From positions 1,798,001 through 1,862,000 of the forward strand of contig CM052839.1 of NCBI GenBank assembly GCA_028534125.1: a DNA stretch of 64,000 nucleotides. Direction: 5' to 3'. Below the pieces are notes generated by a model that ran no database searches, was not told the DNA's origin, and was given only the letters and a program-made list of their open reading frames with translations. Position 1 is the stretch's first letter. Each line of letters starts with the position of its first letter. Below, in pieces: positions 37,841-51,000 of the stretch. The translations under genes were made by a program, and so were the position numbers. The DNA is from Lama glama (Eukaryota).

Positions 37841-40739
37841 TAATAAGTTACTTAAGTGAAACACTTGACAAGAGTAAGTCCTCTTACAAACGGGCGCTAT
37901 TAAGAGTAGTTGCTGCTGATGGCTAGGGCAGGAAGGAAAATGAGGCAAAATGGTGGGGGTTGGGCAGCAGGGCACCCTGGAGAAAGGCAACTGATGGGGG
38001 CATGCGTGCCATAAAGCCAGAGGGCGTCTCAAAACACAACCAGCCTATTAACGTTCCTAAACTGGGCTTCCAGGGGGCTGGTCTGAAGGAGCTTTCTTGC
38101 AACCCCTCCCTCCGTGGCATTCCTCGGGGGACTTCAGCCTCAGCTCACAATCCAAATATGAAGTCCACAGAAAGGTCCCAGAGAGTGGCTCAAAAAAGAA
38201 TGTGCTCCCCAGCAAACTCAGAGAAGAAAGAGCGACTGGTGGGTGGAGCTGGGATGGCAGGAAGCACTCGCATCTGGAAGGCTTCTACCTGAGTCCCAGA
38301 GGAGGAGGCCCGAAAGATGTCCCAGGGGATCCGGCATTAGCACAGGGAGGGCCCCACCCCCTTCATGGGGAGGGAGTGTGAGTGGCCATTCACATCCCTG
38401 AAGGTAAAAATGATGCCTGCATTGTCTAATTTTATGTGATAAATTTTTATATTAATATCTTCAAAATTATAATTGCTGTATGAATTTCACCAGTGGTTTG
38501 TCATTTAAAGATGACACACCCCCAATTCATTTGCCCTTAAGGCCTATTCCTTCCCCAGAGCCTCACAGGGGTGGTGAGGGTGAAGGTGGCAGTGGCATGA
38601 AGCCAGAAGCCCTTCCTGAAGCCCCTGGAGGGACCTCACCCTTGGCTCAAGCCACCATGGCCCTGCATTTCAGCCCAGCCTGTGCCCTGGGAGACCCACA
38701 GAAGGCCCCTGGTTTCAGTCAAATGTCATCTCACTCACTTACTCTCTCCTTTCTTTCTTCTTTTCCAAGATGAAAGCTAATAGGATGGTTCATTCTCCTG
38801 TCAAGTCAACGCATGATAATAAAAGGAAGTCACCCAGGTTCCCCATCCTCTCTCCGCTGAACACAAGCCACCCCATGGCTCATCCCGTATGCATGCCACA
38901 GAAATGCAATAATGAAGACGAAATTCCTCTAAAAATCCCCTTCTTCACCTTTCAACTCTCAGGAATTTGCTATCTGTTTCCAAGAAAGTTTTCTAAGTTT
39001 CTGAAGCCTGTCACAGCTGAGGGCTGAGTTGGGCTGTAAAGACAGGCTTCCAAATAAAATGCAATCGGAGAGCAGAGACACGTGGCTCCCCAGTCCACAG
39101 ACAGCGCAGTCCCTCACGGCAGGTAGTGAAAATCCGCCTGGAAAATGTCCTTCTCTGTCCCTGCCGACGCTCCGCAGCTCTGTCCCAAACTTAGAAACAG
39201 CTGTTCGCCTTAACTCCAAAAAAAGCTCTCATATGCTCCGTCTCCTCATTCTTTCCAACACTGTGATCTGTACACTTAATCTACCTCCAAGCTCAGCTTA
39301 TCCCTCCCTCAGCTCGTCGGATACGAAGAGGAACAGTCAAAGACGAAGAAGGACAACAAGACAACGTGTTGTGGAGCCCTCCTGTAAACACCATCCACAG
39401 ACTCAGCAGCCTGGCCTTCTGAGTTCGGATCCGTCTCCTCAGTTACCTCACTGTGTGATGTTGACTTAACCCTCTGTGTCTCCATCTCCTCGCATGGAAA
39501 GTGGTAAATAACACTACACTTGTACAGGGCTGAGTAAATAAATGCATACTCATAAAATGCTTAGAAAGGTGCTTGGCAGGCGAGAAGCACCTAACACATG
39601 TCAGCTATCATTATTCGACGATCGCAACAATCTAGCGCAATAGGGATTACTATTAGCAGCTCTGTTTAACAGACACGTTCCGAAACTATTTGTCGTTGTG
39701 AGTGTAATAACAGATTAACCTCAAGGAAAGGACAAATTAAGGAATTAAGTGGTCTATTCAGAATGACACTGTCCATGCGTGGCAGAGCTCAGACTGCATC
39801 TCCAGTCTTGGACTCCAAGTTGCACGCTCACGAATTTCACACTTTAACACGCTCCCTCCCGCAGGCATGGAAATTTGAGAAGTCCTGTGGATCAGCATCA
39901 AAAACAGATCTCAATTCTGTAAGCCCCACAGAATGGCAGTATCTCAAGGGAATGCTGCAAGACTTGCCAAACGAAATTAATTTCCATTTGTTTTCATATT
40001 CCAGGAAAACAGACCAAAGCAGCCTTACAGGAGAGGGTACCACCTCATCAAAGGTGTCCAAAGGTGGCCCATCAAAGGTGGCCCTCGAGGCCAAGGATCA
40101 CACCCGCCTCAATGTTTCAGGCTCCCTCGGGACGCTCCTAGGCTGTCAGCAATTTGCAAAAAAAGATCACTGCAAATCATTTGGGAAGGCATTTGTGCAG
40201 GCCTGGCCTAAGACATGTGGACTTCTGCCAAACCCATAGTTTTTCAAAACACGCACTGTCTTCACCCTTGATAAATAGCAGCCAGGCTACGGAAATATTT
40301 CCATTACACCCAAAAGCCTGCATTGCCGCCACAACTCGTTGAAACGGATGTTTCCAATTTGAGAAGAACTCAACAAAAACATCAAAAAAATCCCAACCTT
40401 CCCTGCAGAGGTAACCATTCTGGCACTCAAGAAACCTCGAAACACCAGTCAAGGATATTTGTGGACACAAATTATTTGGCAAACATATGTCCTGATGCCC
40501 GAAGTCTAACTGTATCTAATACATGGATTGAGCCCATTTCTTCCAGCTCTATTGTGAACTTTCATTAGAAGATTTCTACACAAGCACTTTCCTCAGTGCT
40601 CTCTGTGTATCTCAAGACTGTGATGAAATCTTGTTATGGCCATGCCGGAGAGAACTAGGAATAGAGTTCAGCACAGTAGCCTGGGCTCTACCACTAACTA
40701 GCCATGTGATTTCATGAAATGATTATTAATAACAACACA

Positions 40740-40970
40740 GCAGCAGCTAACATTAACTGGAAACTTACAATGTGCCAGGCACTATCCTAAAAGGTTAATA
40801 AGTATTTATTTGATCCTCATTCACAACCACTAGGGAATATTGCTTCTCACTGTATGGATCAGAAAACTAAGACTCAGACAGATTGAGTAACTTGTCCCCA
40901 AGAACACAGCAGCAACCAGCAGAGGCAGGATTCATGCACCGGCAGTCTGACTCGGAGTTCTTAACTACAT
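40740..40970 (-). mobile_element. MIR
   Basis: ACTTACAATGTGCCAGGCACT...GAAAACTAAGACTCAGA...GAGTAACTTGTCCC. Confidence 0.75.
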
Positions 40971-43429
40971 ACCATAGGTCTTTTCAAGATGCTTAATGAC
41001 CCAGGACCACAAATCCCTCTAGGAGCGGTCTGGATGATCTTCAAAATCCTTTCCGGCTTTAAAATTCAGTGATGCTCTCTTTTAGAAAGAAAATGAATTT
41101 ATGACTTCAAGAAATGAAATGCAGTGGTGTTCTAGAGGTGGGGTGAAACATCTGTGTCTGCCGCACCCGGATCCAGTCAGGGGAGGAAAGCTGCTGCTTT
41201 TCTAGGATAATGATTCCCTGTGAAACCCCGAGACTGGCCCCAAACCGTCTCAGGAAAAATGCCAGCTTGAAGTTCTTTAAAGATGCGCCAACTTGCAAAG
41301 ATCTGCAAGTTCTCAACTATCAGTTCTCAAATCTTACTTTATCCTTTTTTTTTTTTTTAAGGAAACTCAAATGCAAGAAGATGTGAGTTTTAAGGACACC
41401 AGTACGCGATGTGTGCAGGCCTGGTGGCACACTTACACTTTGCTTTCCTCTGGGCTTTACACCTGCTCATGGAAAACCCATTTCATCCCAGTAATCTGTG
41501 TTTTACAGTGTCCCTATGACTTCCTAGCCCGTGGCTCAGAAGTCCTGTAATCCGTGCAGGGTTTTGTCCTACACACACCTGCTGAAATGGTCACACGCTG
41601 CCTCTTGGTCTCCAGACACACAGACACTCCATGGCTCCCTTCCCCGACTCCATCTCTGATTCCTCCTCCTCCTCTCCCTGCTCAGCACCGGAGTTCCCTG
41701 CCCACCCACCTTGCCACAAGCTGACACAGCCAATGGAGAAGCGCTCTCCCTGCTCACTCCTCCTCCTGCTCACCCTGGCTCCTCTCTCTCCCTCTCCCTC
41801 TCCCTCTCAGCTCCTGGTACAGCCTGAAACCGAAACTAACCTCAGACCTGAACAAAGTGAAATCATCTCCTCCGCCTGATCACCCTGTATGACCACAGAG
41901 AATCTTCTCATTAGAGCTCCAAATCCAGCTTTCTGGTAGCTGGGAAAAAACAAGAGTTCTGCAGGTGCCTTGCTAGAACCCAAGGCTTCCTTAATGAATA
42001 GGGGATGTCGGGTCAGAGGAGGAAGCAGGAGTTCCTCCATACTGTTTTCCGCTGCTGTTTTTCTTTAATTTGCACAAGTCAATTTAAGTTCACTCCAAAG
42101 TAAAGTTCGCCACCCGGTACTTTAAATTCACTGTCCAGATCAGTTCACATTTGCCTCATTCTTAATCAGATTCTCTTCTGAGAGCAGCCTTGCTCCCTCT
42201 GGCCATCTCTGTAGCCATCTCGCTGAATGCATTTTAGATGGCCATACCACATGCTTTCCCTAAATTTGAAAAATGCAGCCTTCACTTTCATGCTGGGAAC
42301 AAGAACAAGATTAAAACAAGCGGGAAAAAAAAAAGGCAAGCTACCATCGAATATAATGCCCGCCCTTGACAATCTTTCAAAGACTTAATACATTTTGAGA
42401 AAAATCCTAAGCCACTTTGTGAATGACCCTTGCCCTCAGCACACTTTTGGGTGCCTTTCTCTGTTGCTGGGGCATTATGTAATTATTCCATTGTTGGCTT
42501 AAGCAAAACAGAACTGAGATGGTAAACGTGTTGGCCCAACAAGTGTTTGGTAAAAGAGGAATAACTTTTGGATTGTCTGCTATTCACTCTCCACTCAACA
42601 GAGCTTCCTGAAGGAACATCTTGGGAGGAGGAGCTGGGGCTTTCTTTAGTTCCCACAGACAGACAAACAGTCAACTACTTGCCGGCTTCCCTCAGGCCTC
42701 GTCGCAACGCGTGGGCTCCATCCTGAGGGCTGCTGGCCGCCCCCTGGAAGCAGCCCTCTGACAGAGATCAACGCAGGGCAGCACCCAGCTGTCGGCAGAT
42801 GTGGATTGCGTCTTGCCTCATTAATTAACAGATGAGTCACTTAACGTGATGGACATTGTTCAGTCACTTCCTCGGGAACATGAAGGGAGAGGCCAGATTT
42901 GAGCAATATCCCAGCTTAAAAATTCCAACTCCCTTCCCCCTCCCCTCACTGAGCTGACACAGATCTCCAAGGGCCTCTATTTCACCTTCCTGTCTCCAGA
43001 TTTGCCCTCTTAAACCACGGAGACAAATGGAGCTGGTTCCCATTTCTAAAGACCTTCAGGATTGGCCATTCCCCTCCGCGCCTGGGAGTCACTTGTTCTC
43101 ACATCTCACATCCTACCTGGACTGTTCTCCTCAGACCTGACTTGAGTCCTTCCTCTGCAGTTTACCCTAGTTCGCCTCCGGTTCTGCTTCTCAGAACGGA
43201 GGGACGAGTGAATCACTGTGTTTTGAGCAATAACTCTTACAAGATTAGTATTTCTTCTTCAGCACATTCACTGCAGGCATTACGGGAGGTGACTATTAAA
43301 AACCACAAAGGCATCAAGGAAGCCAACCAAGGCGGGATCCTGAAAACCCGACCCCTGGCTCTACTCAGAGCTCACAGAGTGGGAGAGCGATGTACTCCAT
43401 GGCCAAATCACAAGGCCAGGAGACAGCAG

Positions 43430-43680
43430 CCACCTTCACCCTCACTCAGATCAAGTGCCACTTCCTGCAGGAAGCCCTCCCTGCCCCAGCTCCTCTTCTG
43501 GCTGGCAAGGAGTCCCCTTCCTCAGCATCGCATCTCAGACCGGCATTTGTCATGGCAACTGGAGTTCTAGGCTGTCTGTCTCCCCAACTAGACTACAGGC
43601 ATCTCCCAGGCAGGGATCATATCTTAGTGACCTCTGTACTCAGGGTTAGGCCCCAGTAGGGTGTCAAGTATTTAGCCAGT
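43430..43680 (+). mobile_element. L2 3' fragment
   Basis: AAGTGCCACTTCCTGCAGGAAGCCCTCCCTG...TCTCCCCAACTAGACT...GGCAGGGATCAT. Confidence 0.65.
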
Positions 43681-43814
43681 GGTCCTCAGCAGAGTGTGCA
43701 AGGCTAAACCCTCCAGGTACGTCCCAATGATGCTTGAACGTTGCCTTATCAGCCCCAACCCCTCTAAACCCCGACACCGCTCACCCCTCAGTTCAGTATG
43801 GGGCTCTCTGAGAC

Positions 43815-44050
43815 TTTCTCTGAGGAGATAAGCTCTGTAGCCAGGCCTCCTGGGTTCAAATCCTGGCCCTGCCACTTTCTAGCCATGGGATCTCGGGCAA
43901 GTTATTTAACCTCTTTGTCTGTTTCTTCACTGAAAAGGAGATATAATACCCCATAGGATCTCGCGAGGGTTAAATGCGCTGATCATGAGAAGCACTTAGA
44001 ACAGGGTCTGACCCAGAGCAAGCACTCAGTGATGTGGGAAGTGTTATTTT
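43815..44050 (+). mobile_element. MIR
   Basis: CTGGGTTCAAATCCTGGCCCTGCCACTT...GGGCAAGTTATTTAACCTCT. Confidence 0.8.
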
Positions 44051-47000
44051 CCAAGCCTGGTCCTTCCTAGAACCCCCCACCGCCCCGGACCTGGCCCCTT
44101 CTGCTTCCGCTCTTGACTGGCACTGGGCCTGCCCTTCCATCACTAGACTCCCCTCCTCCAGGCCCCCTCTGCCCTGTTCCCCCAGGACCAATGTTAGCAT
44201 TAATGTGAAAAGCCATTCAACCCTCTTCACTGATTATGACCCTCCCCTCCCCCACAACCAGCTTATAGGGCATATTCTCCAAAGAGAAGGGAGAAGAGCT
44301 GGTTCCACAGCAGGGCTACCAGTGCTAAGTCCTTCTGCCCCCAACTCTGCTTCTCTGTTGTCACCCAGGCTCCGCATCTCCCCACTGTGTGGTCCCCTCT
44401 GCTCAAAATTTAAGTCTCACCCCACTCCATCCCCCTCCTCCGAAAGCCAGCCTCAGCCACTACAGATTTTACCAAGATTTTCCTTAATAATAAGAAGCTT
44501 CAGAATGTTAGCACCTGCGTACAGAAATAGCAACAACAATAACAATAATAATAGCCTCTACTCTGAAGAAGGCTTGCTCTTTGTCTGGCATGATTCTCCT
44601 TTAATGATTCCTAAAGCTAGAAACTGAACTCCTACAGAGTCATAGAGTAAGATGGAGGGCTGGGATTCCAACTGGGGACAGACACAGAGCTTCAGAGGGT
44701 ACCTCGGCACCTCTAAGCTGTTATGGAGATAGGCCCAGGGAGGCTGGGTTGCCTCCTGGGGGTGGACGTTAGAGGGATTTGGGACTTTCTTCATCCCATC
44801 AATGATTCCTCAAAGACACTTTGGTGCATCTCACATTTTATGAACAGGGACTTTATATTTATAGGCATTGTTATCCCATTTATCATGTATGGCCTGTTTT
44901 AAAGATAAGCACCATAGTGCATTTTTAGGGGCTGTTACATTGCTCAGATACATCAGAGACACTTACTGGGAGGCTGGAAGCGAAGGGGATCAGAGAAGAA
45001 CTGAGTGAGCAGACATGACCAGCATGCTAAGCTCACCAACCTGTGGCAACCAGGGAGGCTGCAGACAGACAAGTCCTGGCCACTGAGGAATGGGCCTCTC
45101 TAGTCACTGCCACAGGACCCTTACATGCCACCAGAACAGCTTCCAAGTCCCAAGTCAGGGACCACTGGACCACAGCATCTCCAGGCCCTTTCTGGTCCAC
45201 TTCCTGTATGTGTAAAGAGCCAACAAAACGGAGACATCACCTCCTCCAGGCCACCTTGTACAGTCAGGGGCGATCCCTGTCTGACTCCCAGCTTCTTGCC
45301 CCCAGGGTTCTAGAATGCTCCTGCCTTTGCTGCTTTTTGCCAGGATGGGGGAAATCCATCGAGGCAGAGTTAATGTAGGAAGCTCCAAAGGGAGAAACAA
45401 GTGTGAGCGCTACTGTATGCCTGACACTGTGTTTGCTAGTCAAAAAAAATCTCCACGAACTACCATTGTCTGGGGGGCACGTGAGCCTAAGAAGGGCCTC
45501 TCAAAATCAAGGCAGGGAAGTCACAGGTGGCAGACTGTATCAAAGGCTCTTCCAGATCCCCAACAAGTGTAGATGCCACGAACACCCTAGCAGCAGCCCA
45601 GGGCCCAGTGAGCTTTGGCTAAGAAACAAAAGGCAGGCCAGGTCTCCTCGGGGATGCACTGGGGACAGTGACAGCCATCTCCTCTGGCCCCCACTTGCCT
45701 AATCCAGACGGATCCCAGGAACCTACCAAACCTGGATTCTGACCTTGAACAACTCTGCCCCAAGAGCTCCTCAAAAGGAGTGTCTTTCACACATATACTC
45801 CCCAATGAAGCACCTTCTCCCACTGCAACCCCATCACCCCAAGAATGTGCTGGGGCTCTTAAAGCACCTGGATCCTACTCTGCTGAAACACCAGGACATC
45901 CACCCCTCACCCCACTCTGCATTTACCTCGAATTCAACAGCTCTGTGCCCTGACCCAGTTAGTGCCCAGAGCCCTCTCACCATGTAGATAGCAGAATCAG
46001 CCCCTGGAGAAGGGCCACCCCACCTGTCCCCATCCTCTGGCTATCTGTAGGGAGCTGGGATCTGGGCCAGACTTCCCAGGTCTCCATGGCCACAAGCCCA
46101 AAGTTGCATGGGAATGTCGTGAGTAAAGCCCCTTGAGAAGGTCTGCTCTTCGCACCCTGGGATTATTCACTGACCCGACACACAGGAGGGAACTCTTCTG
46201 AACTGCCCAGACCGGATCACAGACTCTAGATAGGGGTTCTTAATAGGGGTCCCAGTTCCAAGGGGCACAGTAACCTGATACTGCACATAAACTGTGTCCC
46301 TGCACACATGCATATTTCTGAGGGAAGGAAGGAGGACTTAGAACTTTTGCCAGATCCTCAAACAGGCCTGTGACCCCAGCCTCTGGCCCCAAGTAGAGCC
46401 CCCCCAACCCCAGTCATATTATCATCCCCAGGCCATCCTAGTTGGCCAAGGTCTCTCTCCTATTTAAGGATGTGCCCAGGCCTGAGGTACCACTCCTCTT
46501 CCCTTGTCCCTGCTCCTTCCAGCTACAGAAAGTAAACTGGGGTGGGGTGGGCAGTGGGGTTCAAACCCAACCCTCCTGCACACACCCTCCAACTTCCTGG
46601 TGACCTGAGCCAAGTTTCTCTCTCCATCCCAGAGATGCCACCCTCCATTAAAACTGAGGTCCCAAAGGCCTTGTCCTCCAACAACAGAGGGGCCCCATTT
46701 TACACCTGATCCCACAGGGCCCAAATCTCATGGTGAGACGCTTCCTCCATGAGAGAATTCCTGGTATCCCTCACTCTCCTGAAGCACACCTGGCCAGCTC
46801 CACCCAGGCTGTAAAGATAGGTATGCCTGGCAAAGAAAAGGAGTGAGTGGCCCAGAACGTCTCCCTGAGTCCCTTCTCCAGGGCCAGGTAGCTCAGGGAG
46901 CTGCAGGACAACCAACAGGAAGACTCATTCCCAGTGCTCCTCGACGCTGCTGCCTGAGGGTCAGGTGGCGTGCGGAGTGAGATGGTCTTGTGTCCTGTAT

Positions 47001-47903
47001 CATCTCTAGGACACCTTATTTCTCAACTCCCAGTCATTCCCCTCACCCTCCACTCTCACCAAAAAAGGAAAATCTAAAACCTCCCTCCCCTGAAAACAAA
47101 TTCCTCTCCAGGAATTTCAATTCACTACAAATTTCTTGCAACTAAAACTTCTTTTAGGGGGAAAAAACCGGGCAAGCCCGTGCTAGGTGTAAGGCAACAA
47201 TGCAACCAGAAAAGAGGAAAGAAGGCATTAGCGCCAACGCCAACCCCCTGGAGCTTAGAGCCCCGGGCACTTCGAGCCGGAGGGGCGGGGGGAGCAGGGG
47301 CGGGGACAGTGCGTGGTGAACTTTCCCTGACGGAGCCTCGGGAGATGCAGCTCCCAGGGGACCGGGTGGGACCAGAAGGGGCTGGGCCGACCTGTGACAT
47401 CTGCGGGGGCAGGAAGCGAACCTCCCCTTTTCCTAAAAGGAGCTCTGGCCCCGGCAGGCGTCCCCCGCTCCCCCGCCCCCCGCCAGCCGTCGCCCAGCAG
47501 CCAGCGCCCCCCGGCCCCGGCCGAGCGGGGAGGGGCGCCCCCACAAAAGGGGAGCGGCCGGGGAAGGGGCTCCGCGCGGCGCCGGCTCGCCGAGGCCTCG
47601 CTGGCCTTCCCGGCGCCGCCCGCCCGCGACCACCCGTCTCGACGCGCGCCCCGCTCCCAGCCCCCCGGTGCCCGCTCGCCCCGCGCGCCCGCGGCCCGGG
47701 AGGAGGCGGCGGCGGCGGCTCGGGCAGGACGCGGGGCCAGACCCGCCACACGAGGCTGGGGCGGCGCGGGCGGAATCACACCCGCGCCCGCGCGGCCCTC
47801 CCGGCGGCGCGGCAGCGACCGGGCCCGGGAAGGTGGGGCCGGGCCGGGCCGGGGCCGCGCGCGGGACCGGGCGGCGCCGGCGGGGAGCGAAGGGAGGTCT
47901 TAC

Positions 47904-47973
47904 CGAGCAGCCGCGCGCGCGTCCGCTCCCCGCGGGCCGGAGGGGCCGGGGGCTGGGGGAGGGGCGCGATCCC

Positions 47974-48004
<31 letters not shown>

Positions 48005-48090
48005 GCCCGGCGCGGCGGCACGGCTGGGGCGCGGGAGGCGGGGAAAGCGAGGCGCGGCCGGCTTCCTAGCGGCGGGCGGCGCGAAATGCA
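47904..48090 (-). other. CUEDC1: Non-coding first exon of CUEDC1 (5' UTR); TSS approximate
   Basis: Strong donor CTCG|GTAAGA (intron begins at 47903), Inr-like GCATTTC at 48089-48083, and no ATG in the exon. Gene identity comes from synteny only. Confidence 0.7.
47975..48004 (-). repeat. (CCG)10 trinucleotide repeat in the 5' UTR exon
   Basis: Ten uninterrupted CGG units on the plus strand. Confidence 0.95.
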
Positions 48091-51000
48091 GCTGTCCTTG
48101 CGCGGCCGCCGCGGGGCCACAAGTGGGGCCGCACGGGGAGGAGCGGGGCTGCGGGCGGGGCGCGGGCCGGGCGGCGGCCCCCGGACCCTCTGTGATGCCG
48201 ACCCCCTGGGGAGCGGAGGGAAGCTGGATCTGGGTCCGCCGGCAACGGAGTCGCGGAGGCCGGGGGACGGGCGCCCCCGGGTGAAGACGAGGCGGACCCC
48301 CGCCGGACCCCCGCCGGACCCCCGCAGCCGCTGCGGGAACTCCCGACTGCTGGGCCGGAGGGCGTGATTCGGGAGCCGCGGTCCCCGGCAGAGCGGGCTT
48401 GGGGCGTCCCGCCCCTCCCCGCTCGTGGAGCGGCGCCGTGAGGGCGCCCCCCGGAGAGGGTGGGGCGGGAGACCCTAGACCTCGGCGGGGGCGAGGGGAG
48501 ACCTAAGAGCCGGGCTGCTCGAGAGGGTGCAGAATCTGAACGCGCATCTGGGGCCTGGGACAGCTGAAGTTGCGGGGAGAGGGCGGCCCCCGGGGAGTTA
48601 GGGCTCAGGAAGGGAAACAAAACACCGAGGTCAGAGGAGTTGGCGGGGAGGAGGTCAGGAAATCAAAATCATTACCCACTCGCACCATCAGATACCACCT
48701 ACAATCTCCCCATCTCCTCCTCGACATTCCAGGTCACTTCAGGGGCGTCTGAGCCTGAGAAGATCTCCCACAGAAGAACTTGTTCAATAAATGGGAAATC
48801 AACTTTGGCTCTTCTTCTCCCACGTGGTTTAGTTTCAGACTCCAATTGGGGGGTGGGTAGGGTGGGGCAGTGGCAACTTGCTGAGCATCCTACTCTGAAG
48901 AGGAGCTAGCTACCCAAGGGATCTGAGGCTGGTGAAGACCAGAACGCAGGTCCAGCTCCGCCCCCAGGCAGCTTGTGAGGGGCCTGCACCCTCCTCCGGA
49001 CAAGCCTGCCCTAGAGACACACTTTCCCATCTGGGCACAGACCCCAGGGAGCAGCCCCCTCTCCCCTTCTCCCCTGAGGGCTTGCAGTCCCCTAGCCTAC
49101 TGAGACAGATCAACGTGCTCAGCCAGAGACATCGAAGGTAAAAACCACAAACTGGAGTGCCCTGGACACTCCTGTGTTTCCACCATTTGCATGTCGAGGG
49201 TAAGTTTCTTCAGCAAGTCGGGAACCTGGGAGAGGGAGAAACCTCAGAACCACACCCTCTCCTGGAGGCCCCGCATTGCATCAGCGTGTGGAGTTGAGCT
49301 CCAAAACCAAGTTCCCAGACACCCACCCACCCCACCACACACACACACACACAAGGATCTCCTCTCTCCCACCCACCTCTCCCCAGGCCCCTTCCCTTGA
49401 TGGTACATTCAGTTTTGGAGGACCCATGAAACCCCAGGAGGTGGTCCTAGACCTCAGGTTAAAGATCTGTAATTAGAGGGACTGACCCTCCGAGCTGACT
49501 TCTGTCTTCTTTCCCAAAGTTGTGACTGAGGGCTAGGATTTAGCTTCCTCTCTAGATTATGTTACACTCGCCCACAGTGCAGTTCATCAACCACTTTTCT
49601 GCTTACTTGCAAGATCCCTCTGCGGTTCCTCTAACTGTTGCCTTGGCATTTTGGAGCTGTTGAAATGCATCTACAAACTTGGATGTTTCCCTGTTTACAC
49701 TGGGAGGTGAGTGCTCACAACATCTTGTCATATATTACTAATAAAGTCATCAAGTGAACCCGGTCACTATAATGGACGCTCTTCCTTGAGAACACTTCTT
49801 GGGCGATGGTAACATACTCTTCCTTTTAGGGCTGTCTTCCTGAAAGGTTTCTCACACTCCTTCCCTGCCTCTCACATCCCACTGGGTACCCTCGCTTGCT
49901 CACACCGCTGCCTCTGAGCTGAAAGTTCCCCAGGCTCCCAGGGTCCCAGGCCAGACCTGCCTCCTGGGTTCCAGCGCCTCACAGCCAGCTGCCTACAGAG
50001 ACTCTCCAACTGCAGGTCCCTCAGACACCCCAGTGCAAGGAGGCAAAAGGCCCTGAGCATTCCGTCCCCAAGCGGCCTCCTCCTCCTCCAGCTTCACAGC
50101 TGGAAACCTTGGTCCACAGTGTCCCTTCCCCTGCGTTCTGTTGGTTGTGAAGTCCTGTTCCTTCCTCCTCACTCTTCCCCTCTTTTGTTTCCCGGGCTCT
50201 GCCCTGGTTCAGGCTCCTACTGTCTCTGCTCATCTCAGAGGATGAAATGTCCCTTTGCTTTCAAGCCCGTCTGCTTCAGGAGACTCTACCAGTTCTTTCT
50301 TTCTCCTGCTCTCTCTGCTCCATACCTACAGACACTGCAAAAACATGCCCTTCTAAGAAACTCCCTACCCTAGCCCTGCCCTGCCCTCAAGCCATTGTTG
50401 TATCTCTCTCTTGCCCATTCATCAGTAGACTTCCTCTTAGAAGAAACCAACCTTACATACTGTTTCTGCTTCCTTAACCCCCACTCAGTCCTCATTCTCC
50501 TGCAACCCAGCTTTCTTTCCCATCATTCCGAAGACACCTTTCAATGGGAGGCACCATCTCCAGATCTCCTGTGCCGGGATTCTCTGTCCTGGAGACGGGC
50601 ACCTCCCTCTCACCGGAGCTACTGACTTCACACGCCGCCTTCCTCCTCTGCCACATTCAAACCCCTAAGTAAACGGGCTTTCTGCTTCCTGAGCTTCTCT
50701 GAGCTCTGTCCCCTCTGCATTCCCACAGCTCAGGCCACCAGGCCCCTGCCTTTCAACCCGCCCTCCTCAGTGTTAGCAGTTATTTTCCAAAGCACAGACT
50801 GGTGATGTCTCTGCCCTGTTGAAAACATGTGGGTGACTCCCTGTGGCTGGGAGGATGACACTTAAACACCCTTCCCCCCTCAACAGAACATTTCCTTTCC
50901 AGGAGTTCCCCACCCAGGACAAATGCCAGGCATGAATGGTGACAAGGGCATGTGGAGGCAGCTTTGGAACCAACCACATGGTCCAGCCATCAGGAGACTC

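Larger units (their letters stand above)
1..47903 (-). other. CUEDC1: Long first intron of CUEDC1 (continues beyond the window start)
   Basis: No recognisable coding exon downstream of the 47903 donor; dense MIR/L2/MER/L1 relics and enhancer-like motif clusters. Confidence 0.65.
47250..48600. promoter_or_regulatory. CUEDC1: CpG island promoter (CUEDC1 by synteny)
   Basis: Very high GC and CpG density, many GC boxes, CGG repeat and a splice donor. It lies ~12 kb beyond the VEZF1 3' end in the same orientation, matching the mammalian VEZF1-CUEDC1 gene order. Confidence 0.8.

Noticed and set aside
1-47000. Intronic ORFs of 60-240 aa (e.g. 6274-6939, 18750-19469, 44034-44627)
   Set aside because: No recognisable domains, no phase-consistent splice chain, several overlap repeats, and their lengths are compatible with chance in GC-rich DNA.
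47125-48620. Long ORFs (395, 296, 208, 184 aa) on both strands
   Set aside because: Stop-codon depletion in a very GC-rich CpG island; low-complexity R/G/P/A translations in several frames at once.
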